A stretch of DNA of 32,000 bases from Candidatus Thiodiazotropha sp. (GTDB lineage: Bacteria > Pseudomonadota > Gammaproteobacteria > Chromatiales > Chromatiaceae), in NCBI GenBank assembly GCA_037384425.1, contig JARROA010000037.1:1-32000 (forward strand). The letters are read 5' to 3'. Positions 1 through 11,159 of this stretch are shown here, one piece after another. The translations under genes and the position numbers were made by a program. How positions within the stretch are numbered: position 1 is the stretch's first letter; each line of letters opens with the position of its first letter. The notes below the pieces were generated by a model. It made no database searches. It was not told the origin of the DNA and saw only the letters and a list, made by a program, of their open reading frames with translations.

Positions 1-33
1 GGTGCCGGTGTGGTATCCAAGATTATCGAGTAA
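1..33 (+). CDS. tuf: 3' end of elongation factor Tu gene (partial; starts upstream of the window)
   Basis: Frame 1 reads GAGVVSKIIE-stop, which resembles the conserved EF-Tu C-terminus. It lies directly upstream of rpsJ, the usual str/S10 junction. Confidence 0.75.
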   Translation, partial: GAGVVSKIIE

Positions 34-39
34 GAGATA

Positions 40-351
40 ATGGCTAACCAGAGAATTCGTATTCGTCTGAAAGCGTTTGATCATCGTCTGATTGATCAAT
101 CTGCCCGTGAGATTGTGGAAACCGCAAAGCGCACCGGTGCGCACGTACGTGGCCCGATCCCGCTGCCGACCAAGAATGAGCGTTTCACCGTTCTCATCTC
201 TCCGCACGTCAACAAAGACGCGCGTGACCAGTATGAGATCCGCACCCACAAGCGGCTGCTCGACATCGTCGAGCCGACCGACAAGACCGTGGATGCGCTG
301 ATGAAGCTCGATTTGGCTGCCGGCGTCGACGTGCAGATCAAACTGAACTGA
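40..351 (+). CDS. rpsJ: 30S ribosomal protein S10
   Basis: 103-aa [24 protein letters not shown]... is canonical S10 and is the first gene of the S10 operon order. Confidence 0.98.
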   Translation: MANQRIRIRLKAFDHRLIDQSAREIVETAKRTGAHVRGPIPLPTKNERFTVLISPHVNKDARDQYEIRTHKRLLDIVEPTDKTVDALMKLDLAAGVDVQIKLN

Positions 352-361
352 GGTTAAGAAG

Positions 362-1012
362 ATGGCGATTGGAATAGTCGGCCGAAAGGCGGGAATGACC
401 CGGGTCTTCACCGAAGAGGGTGTTTCCGTACCTGTGACGGTTATCGAGGTTGAGCCCAACCGTGTTGCTCAGCTCAAACGTGGCGAGACTGACGGTTACC
501 TCTCTATTCAGGTGACCACCGGCAGTAAGAAGGCCTCACGTGTCAACAAGCCTGCGGCGGGTCACTTCGCCAAGGCGGGTGTGGACGCCGGTCGTGGTTT
601 GTGGGAGTTCCGCGCTGAAGAGGCGGATCTCGAGGGTATCGAGGTCGGCAGCGAGATAAAGGTCGACCGTTTCGAAGCTGGTCAGATCGTCGATGTGCGT
701 GGGCAGACTCAGGGTAAGGGTTTTCAGGGTACCGTGAAGCGTCACAACTTCCGCACCCAGGACGCCACCCACGGCAACTCGCTGTCGCATCGCGCACCGG
801 GTTCGATCGGTCAGTGTCAGACTCCGGGCCGTGTCTTCAAAGGCAAGAAGATGTCCGGCCATATGGGTGCCGTACAGCGCGTGCAGCAGAATCTGGAAGT
901 GGTGCGTGTCGACACGGATCGCAACCTGCTGCTGGTGAAGGGCGCCGTGCCCGGTGCCAAGGGTGGCGATGTGATCGTCACGCCGGCCACAAAGATGAAG
1001 AACAAAGGGTGA
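362..1012 (+). CDS. rplC: 50S ribosomal protein L3
   Basis: 216-aa [23 protein letters not shown]... is canonical L3, in conserved operon position. Confidence 0.98.
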   Translation: MAIGIVGRKAGMTRVFTEEGVSVPVTVIEVEPNRVAQLKRGETDGYLSIQVTTGSKKASRVNKPAAGHFAKAGVDAGRGLWEFRAEEADLEGIEVGSEIKVDRFEAGQIVDVRGQTQGKGFQGTVKRHNFRTQDATHGNSLSHRAPGSIGQCQTPGRVFKGKKMSGHMGAVQRVQQNLEVVRVDTDRNLLLVKGAVPGAKGGDVIVTPATKMKNKG

Positions 1013-1017
1013 CAGGC

Positions 1018-1629
1018 ATGGATCTCAATGTACAAACAGCCGTAGGCGCTCAGACCCTGCAGGTATCCGACGAGATCTTCGGCGCCGATTTCAAAGAGGC
1101 GCTGATTCATCAGGTGGTGACCGCCTACATGTCAGCGGCGCGTGCCGGCACCAAAGCCCAGAAAAACCGCGCCGCGGTCAGCGGCGGCGGCGCCAAGCCC
1201 TTCCGTCAGAAGGGAACGGGTCGTGCGCGTGCGGGTACCAGCCGCAGCCCGATCTGGCGCAGCGGTGGTGTGAACTTCGCCGCCAGCCCGCGTAATTATG
1301 CGCAGAAGGTCAACCGCAAGATGTTCCGCGGCGCAATCCGTTCGATTCTGTCCGAGCTGAATCGTCAGGAGCGTCTGCTGGTGGTGGATCAGATCAGTGT
1401 CTCCGCGCCGAAGACCAAAGAGCTGATCGGCAAGCTGAAAGAGATGGATTTGAACGATGTACTGATCCTCGCCGTGAATCCGGACGAGAATCTCTACCTG
1501 GCTGCTCGCAACCTCTATGGTGTGGACGTCTGCGATGTCAACGAGATCGATCCGGTCAGTCTGATCGCCTATGAAAAAGTGCTGGTGACCGAGGGCGCGG
1601 TGAAGAAACTTGAGGAGCGTCTGGCATGA
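1018..1629 (+). CDS. rplD: 50S ribosomal protein L4
   Basis: The track ORF 814-1629 has an implausible N-terminal extension that overlaps rplC. The internal ATG at 1018 gives [12 protein letters not shown]..., 203 aa, typical L4 ([12 protein letters not shown] motif), starting 5 nt after the rplC stop. Confidence 0.95.
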   Translation: MDLNVQTAVGAQTLQVSDEIFGADFKEALIHQVVTAYMSAARAGTKAQKNRAAVSGGGAKPFRQKGTGRARAGTSRSPIWRSGGVNFAASPRNYAQKVNRKMFRGAIRSILSELNRQERLLVVDQISVSAPKTKELIGKLKEMDLNDVLILAVNPDENLYLAARNLYGVDVCDVNEIDPVSLIAYEKVLVTEGAVKKLEERLA

Positions 1630-1922
1630 ATAACGAACGTCTCATGAAAGTGCTGCTAAGCCCGGTGGTGTCCGAGAAGAGCAGTGTGGTCGCTGACGCC
1701 AATGGCCAGTACACCTTCAAGGTGGCTACCGACGCCACCAAGCGCGAGATCGCCAAGGCAGTCGAGAAACTGTTCGAGGTCGAGGTCGAGGCCGTTCAGG
1801 TTGTCAACGTGAAAGGCAAGCAGAAACGCTTCGGCATGATCCGCGGCAAGCGTTCCGACTGGAAAAAGGCATACGTACGTCTCAAGGCAGGCAGCGAAAT
1901 CGACTTCGCGGCCGGGGCCTGA
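1626..1922 (+). CDS. rplW: 50S ribosomal protein L23
   Basis: 98-aa [22 protein letters not shown]... Its start overlaps the rplD stop by 4 nt. Operon order fits. Confidence 0.97.
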   Translation: MNNERLMKVLLSPVVSEKSSVVADANGQYTFKVATDATKREIAKAVEKLFEVEVEAVQVVNVKGKQKRFGMIRGKRSDWKKAYVRLKAGSEIDFAAGA

Positions 1923-1945
1923 GCAAAGATTACAGGATTGGGATA

Positions 1946-2773
1946 ATGGCAGTCGTTAAAACAAAACCGACCTCCGCAGGCCGCCGATTCGTGGTCAAGG
2001 TCGTCAATGCCGATCTGCACAAGGGGCAGCCCTATGCACCGCTTCTGGCGAAGAAGAGCAAGACCGGCGGACGCAACAACAACGGTCACATCACAACGCG
2101 TCATCGCGGTGGTGGTCACAAGCAGCGCTATCGCATTATCGATTTCAAGCGCAATAAAGAGGGCATCCCGGCTGTCGTCGAGCGTCTCGAGTACGATCCG
2201 AACCGTACCGCCCACATCGCGTTGATCCGCTATGCTGACGGCGAGCGTGCCTACATCATCGCGCCGAGCAACCTGCGCGCCGGTGATACTGTCGAGGCGG
2301 GTGTCAGCGCTCCGATCAAAACCGGCAACTGCCTGCCGCTGCGGAACATCCCGCTGGGTTCGGTGGTGCATTGTATTGAGATGAAGCCTGGCAAGGGTGC
2401 GCAGATCGCCCGCTCCGCTGGTGCCTCGGTGCAGCTGGTGGCTCGCGAAGGCGAGCACGCCACCCTGCGTCTGCGCTCCGGTGAGATGCGTAAGGTGCCT
2501 GCCGATTGCCGCGCGGTGATCGGCGAGGTCTCCAACTCGGAGCACAATCTGCGCTCGCTGGGCAAAGCCGGTGCCAAGCGCTGGAAGGGTGTTCGTCCGA
2601 CCGTTCGCGGTGTGGCGATGAACCCGGTCGACCACCCGCACGGTGGCGGTGAGGGCCGTACTTCGGGCGGTCGTCATCCGGTCTCCCCCTGGGGTACGCC
2701 GACCAAGGGTTACAAGACCCGCACCAACAAGCGTACGAACAAGATGATCGTACGTCGTAGAAACCGTAAATAA
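1946..2773 (+). CDS. rplB: 50S ribosomal protein L2
   Basis: 275-aa [22 protein letters not shown]... with [13 protein letters not shown] motif. Confidence 0.98.
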   Translation: MAVVKTKPTSAGRRFVVKVVNADLHKGQPYAPLLAKKSKTGGRNNNGHITTRHRGGGHKQRYRIIDFKRNKEGIPAVVERLEYDPNRTAHIALIRYADGERAYIIAPSNLRAGDTVEAGVSAPIKTGNCLPLRNIPLGSVVHCIEMKPGKGAQIARSAGASVQLVAREGEHATLRLRSGEMRKVPADCRAVIGEVSNSEHNLRSLGKAGAKRWKGVRPTVRGVAMNPVDHPHGGGEGRTSGGRHPVSPWGTPTKGYKTRTNKRTNKMIVRRRNRK

Positions 2774-2792
2774 CTGATTAGGGGTTAGAGTC

Positions 2793-3065
2793 GTGCCACG
2801 TTCAATCAGAAAAGGCCCATTCATCGACCACCATCTGGCGAAGAAAGTGGAAGATGCAGTTGCCCAGAACAACAAGCGCCCGATCAAGACCTGGTCGCGT
2901 CGCTCGGTCATCCTGCCGGAGATGGTCGGTCTGACCATTGCCGTGCACAACGGTAAGCAGCATGTTCCGGTGCTGGTCTCCGAGAACATGGTCGGACACA
3001 AACTGGGTGAATTCGCGCTGACCCGCACCTACCGCGGTCATGCGGCGGATAAGAAGTCCAAATAG
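2793..3065 (+). CDS. rpsS: 30S ribosomal protein S19
   Basis: 90-aa ORF with GTG start, [15 protein letters not shown]..., canonical S19. Confidence 0.97.
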   Translation: MPRSIRKGPFIDHHLAKKVEDAVAQNNKRPIKTWSRRSVILPEMVGLTIAVHNGKQHVPVLVSENMVGHKLGEFALTRTYRGHAADKKSK

Positions 3066-3077
3066 AGGATTTAGAAG

Positions 3078-3410
3078 ATGCAGACTACAGCCAAATTGCG
3101 TCACGCCCGCATCTCTGCACAAAAGGGCCGACTGGTGGCGGACCAGATCCGCGGCTTGCCCGTGGAGCAGGCGCTGAACATTCTTGCCTTCAGCAAGAAG
3201 AAAGGCGCCGTGCTGGTCAAGAAGGTGCTCGAATCGGCTATCGCCAATGCCGAGCATAACGAGGGCGCCGATGTGGATGAGTTGAAGGTATCGGTCATCT
3301 CCGTTGATGAGGGCCCGACCATGAAACGCATTCGCGCCCGCGCCAAGGGTCGTGCATCCCGGATTCTCAAGCGTACCAGTCACATCAACGTGACTGTCGC
3401 TGACAAGTAA
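3078..3410 (+). CDS. rplV: 50S ribosomal protein L22
   Basis: 110-aa [29 protein letters not shown]..., canonical L22. Confidence 0.97.
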   Translation: MQTTAKLRHARISAQKGRLVADQIRGLPVEQALNILAFSKKKGAVLVKKVLESAIANAEHNEGADVDELKVSVISVDEGPTMKRIRARAKGRASRILKRTSHINVTVADK

Positions 3411-3428
3411 CAGGCAAGAGAGGCCGAA

Positions 3429-4112
3429 ATGGGTCAGAAAGTACATCCAACCGGTATACGTCTCGGTATCGTCAAAGACTGGACGTCAAAGTGGTATGCG
3501 GATTCGAAGCATTATGCCAATCTGCTGAACAACGATCTCAAGGTGCGTGAGTTCCTGAAGAAACGTCTTTCGCAGGCGTCTGTCAGTCGTATCCAGATCG
3601 ATCGTCCGGCCAACAATGCGCATATCACGGTGCATACTGCCCGTCCCGGTCTGGTGATCGGTAAAAAGGGTGAGGATATCGATGCGCTGCGCTCTGAAGT
3701 CTCCAGCATGATGGGCATTCCGGTCCACATGAGTATCGAGGAGATTCGCAAGCCCGAGTTGGATGCGCAACTGGTTGCCGAGAGCATCGCCCAGCAACTT
3801 GAACGCCGCGTTATGTTCCGTCGCGCCATGAAGCGTGCCGTGCAGAACGCCATGCGTCTGGGCGCAGAGGGCATCAAGGTCAATATCGGCGGACGTCTGA
3901 ACGGTGCTGAGATCGCTCGCTCCGAGTGGTATCGCGAAGGCCGTGTGCCGCTGCACACCCTGCGCGCCGATATCGACTACGGTTTTGCAGAGGCCCGCAC
4001 CACATACGGCATCATTGGCGTCAAGGTGTGGGTCTTCAAGGGCGAGGTCTACGGTGATCACGAAGAGGCGGAAACCGAAGCCAAGGCCGCGCCCGCAGGA
4101 AAGAGGTCGTAA
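3429..4112 (+). CDS. rpsC: 30S ribosomal protein S3
   Basis: 227-aa [21 protein letters not shown]..., canonical S3 (KH domain). Confidence 0.98.
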   Translation: MGQKVHPTGIRLGIVKDWTSKWYADSKHYANLLNNDLKVREFLKKRLSQASVSRIQIDRPANNAHITVHTARPGLVIGKKGEDIDALRSEVSSMMGIPVHMSIEEIRKPELDAQLVAESIAQQLERRVMFRRAMKRAVQNAMRLGAEGIKVNIGGRLNGAEIARSEWYREGRVPLHTLRADIDYGFAEARTTYGIIGVKVWVFKGEVYGDHEEAETEAKAAPAGKRS

Positions 4113-4115
4113 GTC

Positions 4116-4529
4116 ATGTTACAACCGAAACGTACTAAATTTCGCAAACAGCACAAAGGCCGTAACCGCGGTTTGGCCATTACTGGAAGCAACGTTTCCT
4201 TCGGGGAATACGGCCTGAAATCGACTGGTCGTGGCCGCATCACGGCACGGCAGATCGAGGCGGCACGTCGTGCCATCACCCGTCATGTCAAACGTGGCGG
4301 CAAGATCTGGATCCGCGTCTTTCCCGACAAGCCGATCACCAAGAAACCCCTCGAGGTTCGACAGGGTAAGGGTAAGGGTAATGTGGAGTACTGGGTGGCA
4401 CAGATTCAGCCAGGCCGCATGCTGTATGAAATTGAGGGTATCTCCGAGGAGCTGGCGCGTGAGGCTTTCGCGCTCGCCTCGGCCAAACTGCCGGTCTCAA
4501 CGGCCTTCGTGAAGCGGACGGTGATGTGA
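4116..4529 (+). CDS. rplP: 50S ribosomal protein L16
   Basis: 137-aa [22 protein letters not shown]..., canonical L16. Confidence 0.98.
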   Translation: MLQPKRTKFRKQHKGRNRGLAITGSNVSFGEYGLKSTGRGRITARQIEAARRAITRHVKRGGKIWIRVFPDKPITKKPLEVRQGKGKGNVEYWVAQIQPGRMLYEIEGISEELAREAFALASAKLPVSTAFVKRTVM

Positions 4530-4729
4530 TGAAAGCGTCGGAATTGCGTCAGAAATCCCAGGATGAACTGAACACGACCCTCAGCGAGCTGCTGAAGGAA
4601 CAGTTCAACCTGCGTATGCAGCAGGGAACCGGGCAGCTGTCCCGTCCTTCCCGCATGAATGAGGTGCGCAAAGACATTGCGCGCATCAAGACTCTTATGA
4701 ATGAAAAGCAGTCGGGTAATGCATCATGA
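4529..4729 (+). CDS. rpmC: 50S ribosomal protein L29
   Basis: [15 protein letters not shown]... is typical L29. The ATG at 4529 overlaps the rplP TGA by 1 nt. The track offers a GTG one codon upstream (4526) as an alternative start. Confidence 0.93.
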   Translation: MKASELRQKSQDELNTTLSELLKEQFNLRMQQGTGQLSRPSRMNEVRKDIARIKTLMNEKQSGNAS

Positions 4730-4986
4730 GCGAACAGGAAAACACTAACCGTACCCTGGTTGGCCAGGTTGTGAGCGATGCGATGGACAAGTCGATCACC
4801 GTGTCTGTCGAACGTCGTGTCAAACATCCGGTCTACGGAAAATTCATGCGTCGCTCCACCAAAGTGCATGCCCATGACGAGTCCAACGAGTGTCATGTGG
4901 GCGATACCGTGATGGTCGAGCAGTGCCGCCCGCTGTCAAAGACGAAGACATGGCGATTGGTGAAAGTACTGGAGCGCGCCAGCTGA
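4726..4986 (+). CDS. rpsQ: 30S ribosomal protein S17
   Basis: 86-aa [29 protein letters not shown]... Its start overlaps the rpmC stop by 4 nt (ATGA). Confidence 0.97.
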   Translation: MSEQENTNRTLVGQVVSDAMDKSITVSVERRVKHPVYGKFMRRSTKVHAHDESNECHVGDTVMVEQCRPLSKTKTWRLVKVLERAS

Positions 4987-5036
4987 CGGCTGTGCGGAAC
5001 GCGTCCCATCAAATTATTTGGAATTAGGGCAATACC

Positions 5037-5405
5037 ATGATTCAGATGCAGACCAACCTCAGCGTGGCTGACAACAGCGGTGCCAAGCGGGTGCAGTGCA
5101 TAAAAGTGCTTGGTGGTTCTCATCGCCGTTATGCCGGGATTGGAGATATCGTCAAGGTTAGCGTGAAAGACGCGATTCCCCGCGGCAAGGTCAAAAAGGG
5201 CGATGTCTACAACGCCGTGGTCGTTCGTACCAAGAAAGGTGTGCGTCGTCCGGATGGCTCGATCATCCGCTTCGACACCAATGCTGCGGTATTACTGAAC
5301 AGCGCCCTGCAGCCCATCGGCACGCGTATCTTTGGCCCGGTCACCCGTGAATTGAGAAGCGAGCGGTTCATGAAGATCATCTCGCTGGCACCGGAAGTTT
5401 TGTGA
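5037..5405 (+). CDS. rplN: 50S ribosomal protein L14
   Basis: 122-aa [30 protein letters not shown]..., canonical L14 and first gene of the spc block. Confidence 0.98.
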   Translation: MIQMQTNLSVADNSGAKRVQCIKVLGGSHRRYAGIGDIVKVSVKDAIPRGKVKKGDVYNAVVVRTKKGVRRPDGSIIRFDTNAAVLLNSALQPIGTRIFGPVTRELRSERFMKIISLAPEVL

Positions 5406-5415
5406 GGCGGCACTA

Positions 5416-5736
5416 ATGGCAAGCAAGATCAAGAAAGGTGACGAGGTCATCGTCACGACTGGCAAAGACAAGGGCAAGCGCGGTACTGTCGTGCGGGTCT
5501 TCGACGACAATCGTCTGATTGTCGAAAACGTCAATATGGCGAAGAAGCACACCAAGCCCAATCCGAATAAAGGTGAGCCCGGTGGTATCCTCGACAAGGA
5601 GATGCCGCTGCATATCTCCAATGTCGCGCTCTACAATCCGACCACAGGCAAGGGCGACCGCGTTGGCTTTAAAATTCTCGAAGACGGCAAGAAGGTTCGC
5701 ATTTTTAAATCGAACCAAGAAGTCGTCGACATCTAA
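5416..5736 (+). CDS. rplX: 50S ribosomal protein L24
   Basis: 106-aa [26 protein letters not shown]... with KOW motif. Confidence 0.97.
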   Translation: MASKIKKGDEVIVTTGKDKGKRGTVVRVFDDNRLIVENVNMAKKHTKPNPNKGEPGGILDKEMPLHISNVALYNPTTGKGDRVGFKILEDGKKVRIFKSNQEVVDI

Positions 5737-5749
5737 GGCGTGATCAGAC

Positions 5750-6289
5750 ATGGCTAGATTACAGCAACACTACAAAGAGACCGTGGTCAAGGAACTCATG
5801 GACAAGTTCCAGTTCAACAGCGTCATGGAGGTGCCCAAGATCACCAAGATCACCCTCAATATGGGTGTGGGTGAAGCGATTGGCGACAAGAAGATCCTTG
5901 AAAACGCTGTTGGCGACATGGAGAAGATCGCCGGTCAGAAAGCGGTCGTCACCCGTGCGCGCAAATCCATCGCCGGCTTCAAGATCCGCGAAGGCTGGCC
6001 CATCGGCTGCAAAGTGACACTGCGCAGAGAGCGCATGTATGAGTTTCTCGATCGTCTCATCAATGTGGCGATTCCGCGAGTCCGTGACTTCCGTGGCCTC
6101 AATGCCAAGGCGTTCGACGGACGTGGCAACTACTCCATGGGTGTGAAAGAGCAGATCATCTTTCCTGAGATCGATTACGACAAGATCGATGCCCTGCGCG
6201 GTCTCGACATCACGATCACCACCACGGCCAAGACCGACGAGGAAGGGCGTGCCCTTCTCGAGGCCTTCAAGTTTCCTTTCAAGAACTGA
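5750..6289 (+). CDS. rplE: 50S ribosomal protein L5
   Basis: 179-aa [23 protein letters not shown]..., canonical L5. Confidence 0.98.
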   Translation: MARLQQHYKETVVKELMDKFQFNSVMEVPKITKITLNMGVGEAIGDKKILENAVGDMEKIAGQKAVVTRARKSIAGFKIREGWPIGCKVTLRRERMYEFLDRLINVAIPRVRDFRGLNAKAFDGRGNYSMGVKEQIIFPEIDYDKIDALRGLDITITTTAKTDEEGRALLEAFKFPFKN

Positions 6290-6297
6290 GTCCAGAT

Positions 6298-6603
6298 ATG
6301 GCAAAGAAGAGCATGATCGCACGTGAAAGCAAGCGTGCCCGTACCGCCTCCCAGTTTGCTGCCAAACGCAGTGCCCTTAAGGCGGTGATCAAGAATCCGA
6401 GCAGCACCTTCGAGCAGATCGAAGAGGCGACCCTGAAACTGCAGAAGCTGCCTCGCGATGCCAGTCCGGCGCGCAAGCACAACCGCTGCCAGATCACCGG
6501 TCGTCCGCACGGCTACTACCGCAAGTTTGGCCTCTGCCGTAATAAGCTGCGCGAAGCAGCCATGCGCGGTGATGTTCCCGGTCTTGTAAAAGCCAGCTGG
6601 TAA
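6298..6603 (+). CDS. rpsN: 30S ribosomal protein S14 (long form, not the four-cysteine zinc-ribbon type)
   Basis: 101-aa [27 protein letters not shown]... ending ...VPGLVKASW. Confidence 0.97.
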   Translation: MAKKSMIARESKRARTASQFAAKRSALKAVIKNPSSTFEQIEEATLKLQKLPRDASPARKHNRCQITGRPHGYYRKFGLCRNKLREAAMRGDVPGLVKASW

Positions 6604-6623
6604 TTGTATAGTATTGCGCCTTT

Positions 6624-6649
6624 CCGGGCCCTGGCGGCCCGGTTTTGTT
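6624..6649 (+). terminator. Terminator-like or attenuator-like hairpin inside the spc block, between rpsN and rpsH
   Basis: CCGGGCC-ctggc-GGCCCGG (7-bp GC stem, 5-nt loop) followed directly by TTTTGTT. It lies in an unusually long 96-nt S14-S8 spacer. Confidence 0.45.
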
Positions 6650-6699
6650 AATTTTAGGGTATCGCGTCGTCAAAGGCGGACTGACCCCAGGAGCTCATA

Positions 6700-7095
6700 A
6701 TGAGTATGTCGGATCCTATCGCGGATATGCTTACCCGCATCCGCAATGGTCAGGCAGCCAAGAAGACGACCGTCGCGCTGCCCTCGTCCAAGCAGAAATT
6801 GGCAATCGCCAATCTTCTGAAAAATGAAGGTTATCTCCAAGAAGTCTCTGTCAACGAGAATGCAGGCAAGCCCACCCTGGTGTTGGAGCTGCGCTATTTT
6901 CAGGGCCGTCCCGTGATCGACTTGATCAAGCGGGTGAGCCGTCCTGGCCTGCGTGTCTATAAGGGCAGAGGTGAGCTGCCCAAGGTCCGTGGCGGCCTGG
7001 GTGTGGCGATCATCTCCACTTCGAGGGGCGTGATGAGCGATCGCGCAGCCCGCGAACTCGGCCAGGGCGGTGAAGTCATCGCCTTCGTCGCCTAA
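6700..7095 (+). CDS. rpsH: 30S ribosomal protein S8
   Basis: 131-aa [25 protein letters not shown]..., canonical S8. Confidence 0.98.
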   Translation: MSMSDPIADMLTRIRNGQAAKKTTVALPSSKQKLAIANLLKNEGYLQEVSVNENAGKPTLVLELRYFQGRPVIDLIKRVSRPGLRVYKGRGELPKVRGGLGVAIISTSRGVMSDRAARELGQGGEVIAFVA

Positions 7096-7106
7096 GGGGG
7101 TCGGTC

Positions 7107-7640
7107 ATGTCACGTGTAGCAAAGAGTCCGATTTCGCTGCCCTCCGGTGTCAGCATCAAGCAGGATGAGGGTCTGCTCACCGTCAAGGGTCCCAAGGGTG
7201 AGCTGTCGCAGAAGATTCATCCTCTGGTCAGTCTGGATGAGGCCGACAACACCCTGACCTTGAAACCGGTGAGCGAAGACAAGCAGTCCTGGGCTATGGC
7301 CGGCACCATGCGTGCGCTGATCAATAATATGGTGACCGGTGTCAGCCAGGGTTTCGAGCGCAAATTGTCGCTGGTTGGCGTCGGTTATCGCGCACAAGCC
7401 GGTGGTAAGTCACTGAATCTGAGTCTGGGTTTCTCGCATCCCATCGATTATCCGGTGCCAGAGGGCATCGCGATCGCAACCCCGTCGGCCACCGAGATCG
7501 TGGTCTCCGGCAGCGACAAGCAGCGTGTCGGTCAGGTGGCGGCTGAGATCCGCGCCTTCCGCCCGCCCGAGCCTTACAAGGGCAAGGGTGTGCGCTATGC
7601 CGATGAGCAAGTGATGCGTAAAGAAGCCAAGAAGAAATAG
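7107..7640 (+). CDS. rplF: 50S ribosomal protein L6
   Basis: 177-aa [25 protein letters not shown]..., canonical L6. Confidence 0.98.
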   Translation: MSRVAKSPISLPSGVSIKQDEGLLTVKGPKGELSQKIHPLVSLDEADNTLTLKPVSEDKQSWAMAGTMRALINNMVTGVSQGFERKLSLVGVGYRAQAGGKSLNLSLGFSHPIDYPVPEGIAIATPSATEIVVSGSDKQRVGQVAAEIRAFRPPEPYKGKGVRYADEQVMRKEAKKK

Positions 7641-7651
7641 GGTATAGAACG

Positions 7652-8008
7652 ATGGACAAGAAAGAATCACGTTTACGTCGCGGTCGTAAGACCCGTGCGA
7701 AGATTCGCGAACTGGGAGTGCACAGGCTGTCGGTCTTTCGCACGCCTCGCCATATCTATGCCCAGGTGATCAGCCCCGACGGTTCCCAGGTGCTGGCTAG
7801 CGCCTCCACCCTGGACAAGACGGTTCGCGGTGAGATCAGTGGTGCCACTGGCAACGTCAGTGCCGCTTCCGTGGTTGGAAAATTCATTGCCGAGCGGGCG
7901 AAATCCGCCGGCGTCGAAAGCGTCGCTTTCGATCGTTCCGGCTTCCGCTACCACGGCCGCGTCAAGGCTCTGGCCGATGCGGCGCGTGAAGCCGGTCTTC
8001 AATTCTAA
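7652..8008 (+). CDS. rplR: 50S ribosomal protein L18
   Basis: 118-aa [25 protein letters not shown]... ending ...AREAGLQF. Confidence 0.97.
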   Translation: MDKKESRLRRGRKTRAKIRELGVHRLSVFRTPRHIYAQVISPDGSQVLASASTLDKTVRGEISGATGNVSAASVVGKFIAERAKSAGVESVAFDRSGFRYHGRVKALADAAREAGLQF

Positions 8009-8019
8009 GGGTCAGGATT

Positions 8020-8526
8020 ATGGCAAATTTCAATGCAAAACCTGAAGGTGACGAGCTGCTTGAGAAGCTGGTCAACGTCAACCGGGTCGCGAAAGTGGTC
8101 AAGGGTGGTCGTCAGTTCGGTTTCTCCGCGCTGACCGTTGTAGGCGACGGCAAGGGTCGTGTCGGTTTTGGTACCGGCAAGGCTCGCGAGGTACCGATCG
8201 CCATCCAGAAGGCGATGGAAACCGCCCGTAAGAACATGGTCGATGTCAAACTCAGCGGCGATACGCTGCAGTACCCGCTGGTCGGTCGTCATGGGGCCGC
8301 CAAGGTTCACATGCAGCCGGCCTCTGAAGGTACCGGTATCATCGCCGGTGGCGCCATGCGAGCCGTGTTCGAGGTGCTCGGTGTGCACAACGTGCTGGCC
8401 AAGTGCATCGGCACCAACAATCCGATCAATGTGGTACGCGCTACGATCAATGGTCTGAGCGAGATGGACGATGCCGAGGCGGTAGCGCTGAAGCGCGGTA
8501 AAACCGTTGAAGAGATCCTGGGGTAA
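8020..8526 (+). CDS. rpsE: 30S ribosomal protein S5
   Basis: 168-aa ORF with [28 protein letters not shown] motif. Confidence 0.98.
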   Translation: MANFNAKPEGDELLEKLVNVNRVAKVVKGGRQFGFSALTVVGDGKGRVGFGTGKAREVPIAIQKAMETARKNMVDVKLSGDTLQYPLVGRHGAAKVHMQPASEGTGIIAGGAMRAVFEVLGVHNVLAKCIGTNNPINVVRATINGLSEMDDAEAVALKRGKTVEEILG

Positions 8527-8529
8527 GTC

Positions 8530-8718
8530 ATGGCTGATAAGAAAACAATGCGTGTCACCCTGGTGCGAAGCATGAACGGGCGTCTCTCCAGCCATAAGGC
8601 CTGTGTCAGAGGCTTGGGCCTGCGTCGCATGCACCAGACAGTGGAAGTGGAAGATTCACCCTGCACCCGTGGCATGGTGAATAAGGTCAACTACATGGTC
8701 AGGGTCGAGGAGGCCTAA
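8530..8718 (+). CDS. rpmD: 50S ribosomal protein L30
   Basis: 62-aa [36 protein letters not shown]..., canonical L30. Confidence 0.96.
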   Translation: MADKKTMRVTLVRSMNGRLSSHKACVRGLGLRRMHQTVEVEDSPCTRGMVNKVNYMVRVEEA

Positions 8719-8719
8719 G

Positions 8720-9151
8720 ATGCGTCTGAATACGTTACAGCCCGCAGCGGGCAGCAAGTCGGATCGCAAGCGGGTCGGCCGGGGCATCGGCAGTGGCCTG
8801 GGCAAGACCTGTGGTCGTGGCCACAAGGGTCAAAAATCCCGTTCCGGCGGTTTTCACAAGGTAGGTTTCGAGGGCGGTCAGATGCCGCTGCAGCGTCGCC
8901 TACCCAAGGTGGGTTTCGTTTCCCGTGTTTCGCTGACCACTGCGCAGGTGAGACTCGGTGAGCTGGCCAAGGTCGAGGGCGACGTGATCGATCTCGACAG
9001 CCTGAAAAAAGCCGGCCTGGTGGCCAAGGCAATGAAGCGCGCGAAAATCTTCGCTTCCGGCGAGATCGCGCGTGCTGTCAACGTCAAAGGCATCCCTGTG
9101 ACCAAGGGTGCCAAGGCCGCCATTGAGGCGGCTGGTGGATCGGTCGAGTAA
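8720..9151 (+). CDS. rplO: 50S ribosomal protein L15
   Basis: 143-aa [33 protein letters not shown]..., canonical L15. Confidence 0.98.
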   Translation: MRLNTLQPAAGSKSDRKRVGRGIGSGLGKTCGRGHKGQKSRSGGFHKVGFEGGQMPLQRRLPKVGFVSRVSLTTAQVRLGELAKVEGDVIDLDSLKKAGLVAKAMKRAKIFASGEIARAVNVKGIPVTKGAKAAIEAAGGSVE

Positions 9152-9154
9152 GTC

Positions 9155-10507
9155 ATGGCAAAGCAAAGCGCACCAATGATGGGAGCTCTGGGCGGTATGG
9201 GGCGTGTGACGGAGTTGCGTCAGCGTCTGCTGTTCGTGGCCGGTGCGCTTCTGGTTTTCCGTATCGGCACCTTCATTCCGGTACCGGGAGTGAATCCGGT
9301 TGCCTTGGCTGCGCTGCTGGAACAGGCCCAGGGCTCGATCCTGGACATGTTCAACATGTTTTCAGGGGGTGCATTGAAGCGGGCCAGCCTTTTCGCGCTC
9401 GGCATCATGCCTTATATCTCTGCCTCTATCATCATGCAGCTGATGTCCTCGGTGATCCCGAGCCTGGAACAGCTCAAGAAGGAGGGCGAGTCCGGACGCC
9501 GCAAGATCACCCAGTACACCCGTTATGGTACAGTCCTGCTGGCTACTTTCCAGGCGGTGGGCATCTCGGTCGCGCTGCAGAGTCAGACAGTCGGCGGCGA
9601 ATCGGTGGTGACTCATCAGGGGATCGGTTTTGTGGTCACGGCGACGGTTTCGCTGGTGACGGGGACTATGTTCCTGATGTGGCTGGGCGAGCAGATCACC
9701 GAAAGGGGTATAGGTAACGGCATCTCCATGATCATCTTCGCCGGTATCGTGGCCGGACTTCCTGCGGCCATCGGTGGCACGTTGGAACTGGCGCGGACAG
9801 GTGAGATGAACGCCCTCACCATCCTGTTTCTGTTCGTACTGGCTGCGGCGGTGACCGCTTTCGTGGTCTTTGTCGAGAGGGGCCAGCGCCGGATTACGAT
9901 CAACTACGCCAAACGACAGCAGGGGCGTCGTCTGCTGGCGGCGCAGAGTACCCATCTGCCGCTGAAGCTGAATATGGCCGGTGTCATCCCGCCGATTTTC
10001 GCCTCCAGTATCATCCTGTTTCCCGCCACATTGGGGCAGTGGTTCGGTAATACGGAGGGTACCCGCTGGATCCAGGAGATCTTTTCTAAGCTTTCCCCTG
10101 GCGAGCCTGTCTATGTCATGGCGTATGCGGCGGCGATTATCTTCTTCTGTTTCTTCTACACTGCATTGGTCTTCAATTCGCGGGAGACGGCTGACAACCT
10201 GAAACGCTCAGGGGCCTTCATTCCCGGCATCCGGCCCGGCGAGCAGACTGCCAAATATATCGACGGCGTGATGTCGCGCCTCACCCTGGCGGGTGCGATC
10301 TATATCACGGCGGTGTGTCTGCTGCCGGAGTTTCTGATCGTAGGATGGAACGTGCCATTCTATTTTGGTGGCACCTCTCTGCTGATCATTGTGGTCGTGG
10401 TTATGGATTTTATGGCACAGGTGCAAGCACATCTGATGTCACATCAATACGAAGGCTTGATGAAGAAGGCCAATCTGAAGGGCACCGGAGCCGGGCTTCT
10501 TCGCTGA
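9155..10507 (+). CDS. secY: Preprotein translocase subunit SecY
   Basis: 450-aa polytopic membrane ORF with [18 protein letters not shown] and [23 protein letters not shown] motifs, in the conserved position after rplO. Confidence 0.98.
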   Translation: MAKQSAPMMGALGGMGRVTELRQRLLFVAGALLVFRIGTFIPVPGVNPVALAALLEQAQGSILDMFNMFSGGALKRASLFALGIMPYISASIIMQLMSSVIPSLEQLKKEGESGRRKITQYTRYGTVLLATFQAVGISVALQSQTVGGESVVTHQGIGFVVTATVSLVTGTMFLMWLGEQITERGIGNGISMIIFAGIVAGLPAAIGGTLELARTGEMNALTILFLFVLAAAVTAFVVFVERGQRRITINYAKRQQGRRLLAAQSTHLPLKLNMAGVIPPIFASSIILFPATLGQWFGNTEGTRWIQEIFSKLSPGEPVYVMAYAAAIIFFCFFYTALVFNSRETADNLKRSGAFIPGIRPGEQTAKYIDGVMSRLTLAGAIYITAVCLLPEFLIVGWNVPFYFGGTSLLIIVVVVMDFMAQVQAHLMSHQYEGLMKKANLKGTGAGLLR

Positions 10508-10541
10508 TCAAGCTGGTTAACGAACGTTTGGAGTAGATTTC

Positions 10542-10655
10542 ATGAAAGTGCGTGCATCTGTGAAAAAAATCTGCCGCAACTGCAAAATTGTGCGTCGTAA
10601 CGGTGTTGTGCGGGTCATCTGCAAAGAAGGCCGCCACAAGCAGCGTCAAGGCTGA
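10542..10655 (+). CDS. rpmJ: 50S ribosomal protein L36 (Cys3-His zinc-binding form)
   Basis: Too short for the ORF track (37 aa). My own translation gives [37 protein letters not shown]-stop. GGAG lies about 8 nt upstream. Conserved position after secY. Confidence 0.95.
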   Translation: MKVRASVKKICRNCKIVRRNGVVRVICKEGRHKQRQG

Positions 10656-10684
10656 TTGAGCTGAAAATAGATCGTCGCCTCTAT

Positions 10685-10713
10685 TGATAGAGAGAGCGAC
10701 GTAGAGTAATATT
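10685..10713 (+). promoter_or_regulatory. Candidate sigma-70 promoter for the alpha (rpsM) operon
   Basis: TTGATA (10685-10690), a 17-nt spacer, then TAATAT (10708-10713), about 52 nt upstream of the rpsM ATG. It lies in the 110-nt rpmJ-rpsM spacer. Confidence 0.5.
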
Positions 10714-10765
10714 GCGCGTTTCCCTTGGGTGGGATACCGCCAAGGTTGTTCAGGAGACTAGAGAA

Positions 10766-11122
10766 ATGGCTCGAATTGCAGGGGTCAACATACCGGATCG
10801 AAAACACGCTGTAATCGCGTTGACGTCGATTTATGGCATCGGCCGTTCGCGTGCCGGCGATATCTGTAAAGAGGCCGGTATCGAACCGCACGTAAAGATC
10901 CAGGAGCTGAGCGAAGATCAAGTAGAGAAGCTTCGCGGCATCGTCGCACGCTACACCGTCGAGGGTGATCTGCGACGCGAAATCTCCATGAACATCAAGC
11001 GCCTGATGGACCTCGGTTGCAACCGTGGTATCCGTCATCGCCGCGGTCTGCCGCTGCGTGGTCAGCGTACGCGTACCAACGCGCGCACCCGTAAGGGCCC
11101 GCGTCGACCCATCAAGCGCTAA
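10766..11122 (+). CDS. rpsM: 30S ribosomal protein S13
   Basis: The internal ATG at 10766 gives [26 protein letters not shown]..., 118 aa, canonical S13. The upstream 18 codons of the track ORF are leader sequence. Confidence 0.96.
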   Translation: MARIAGVNIPDRKHAVIALTSIYGIGRSRAGDICKEAGIEPHVKIQELSEDQVEKLRGIVARYTVEGDLRREISMNIKRLMDLGCNRGIRHRRGLPLRGQRTRTNARTRKGPRRPIKR

Positions 11123-11159
11123 GTCACCAAACAATAGATTGAATCCGTAGGTACAAAAG

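Noticed and set aside
1796-3028. 410-aa ORF on the minus strand.
   Set aside because: It is fully antisense to the unmistakable rplB and rpsS genes. The product is Arg/Thr/Ala-rich low-complexity sequence, typical of spurious antisense frames in high-GC DNA.
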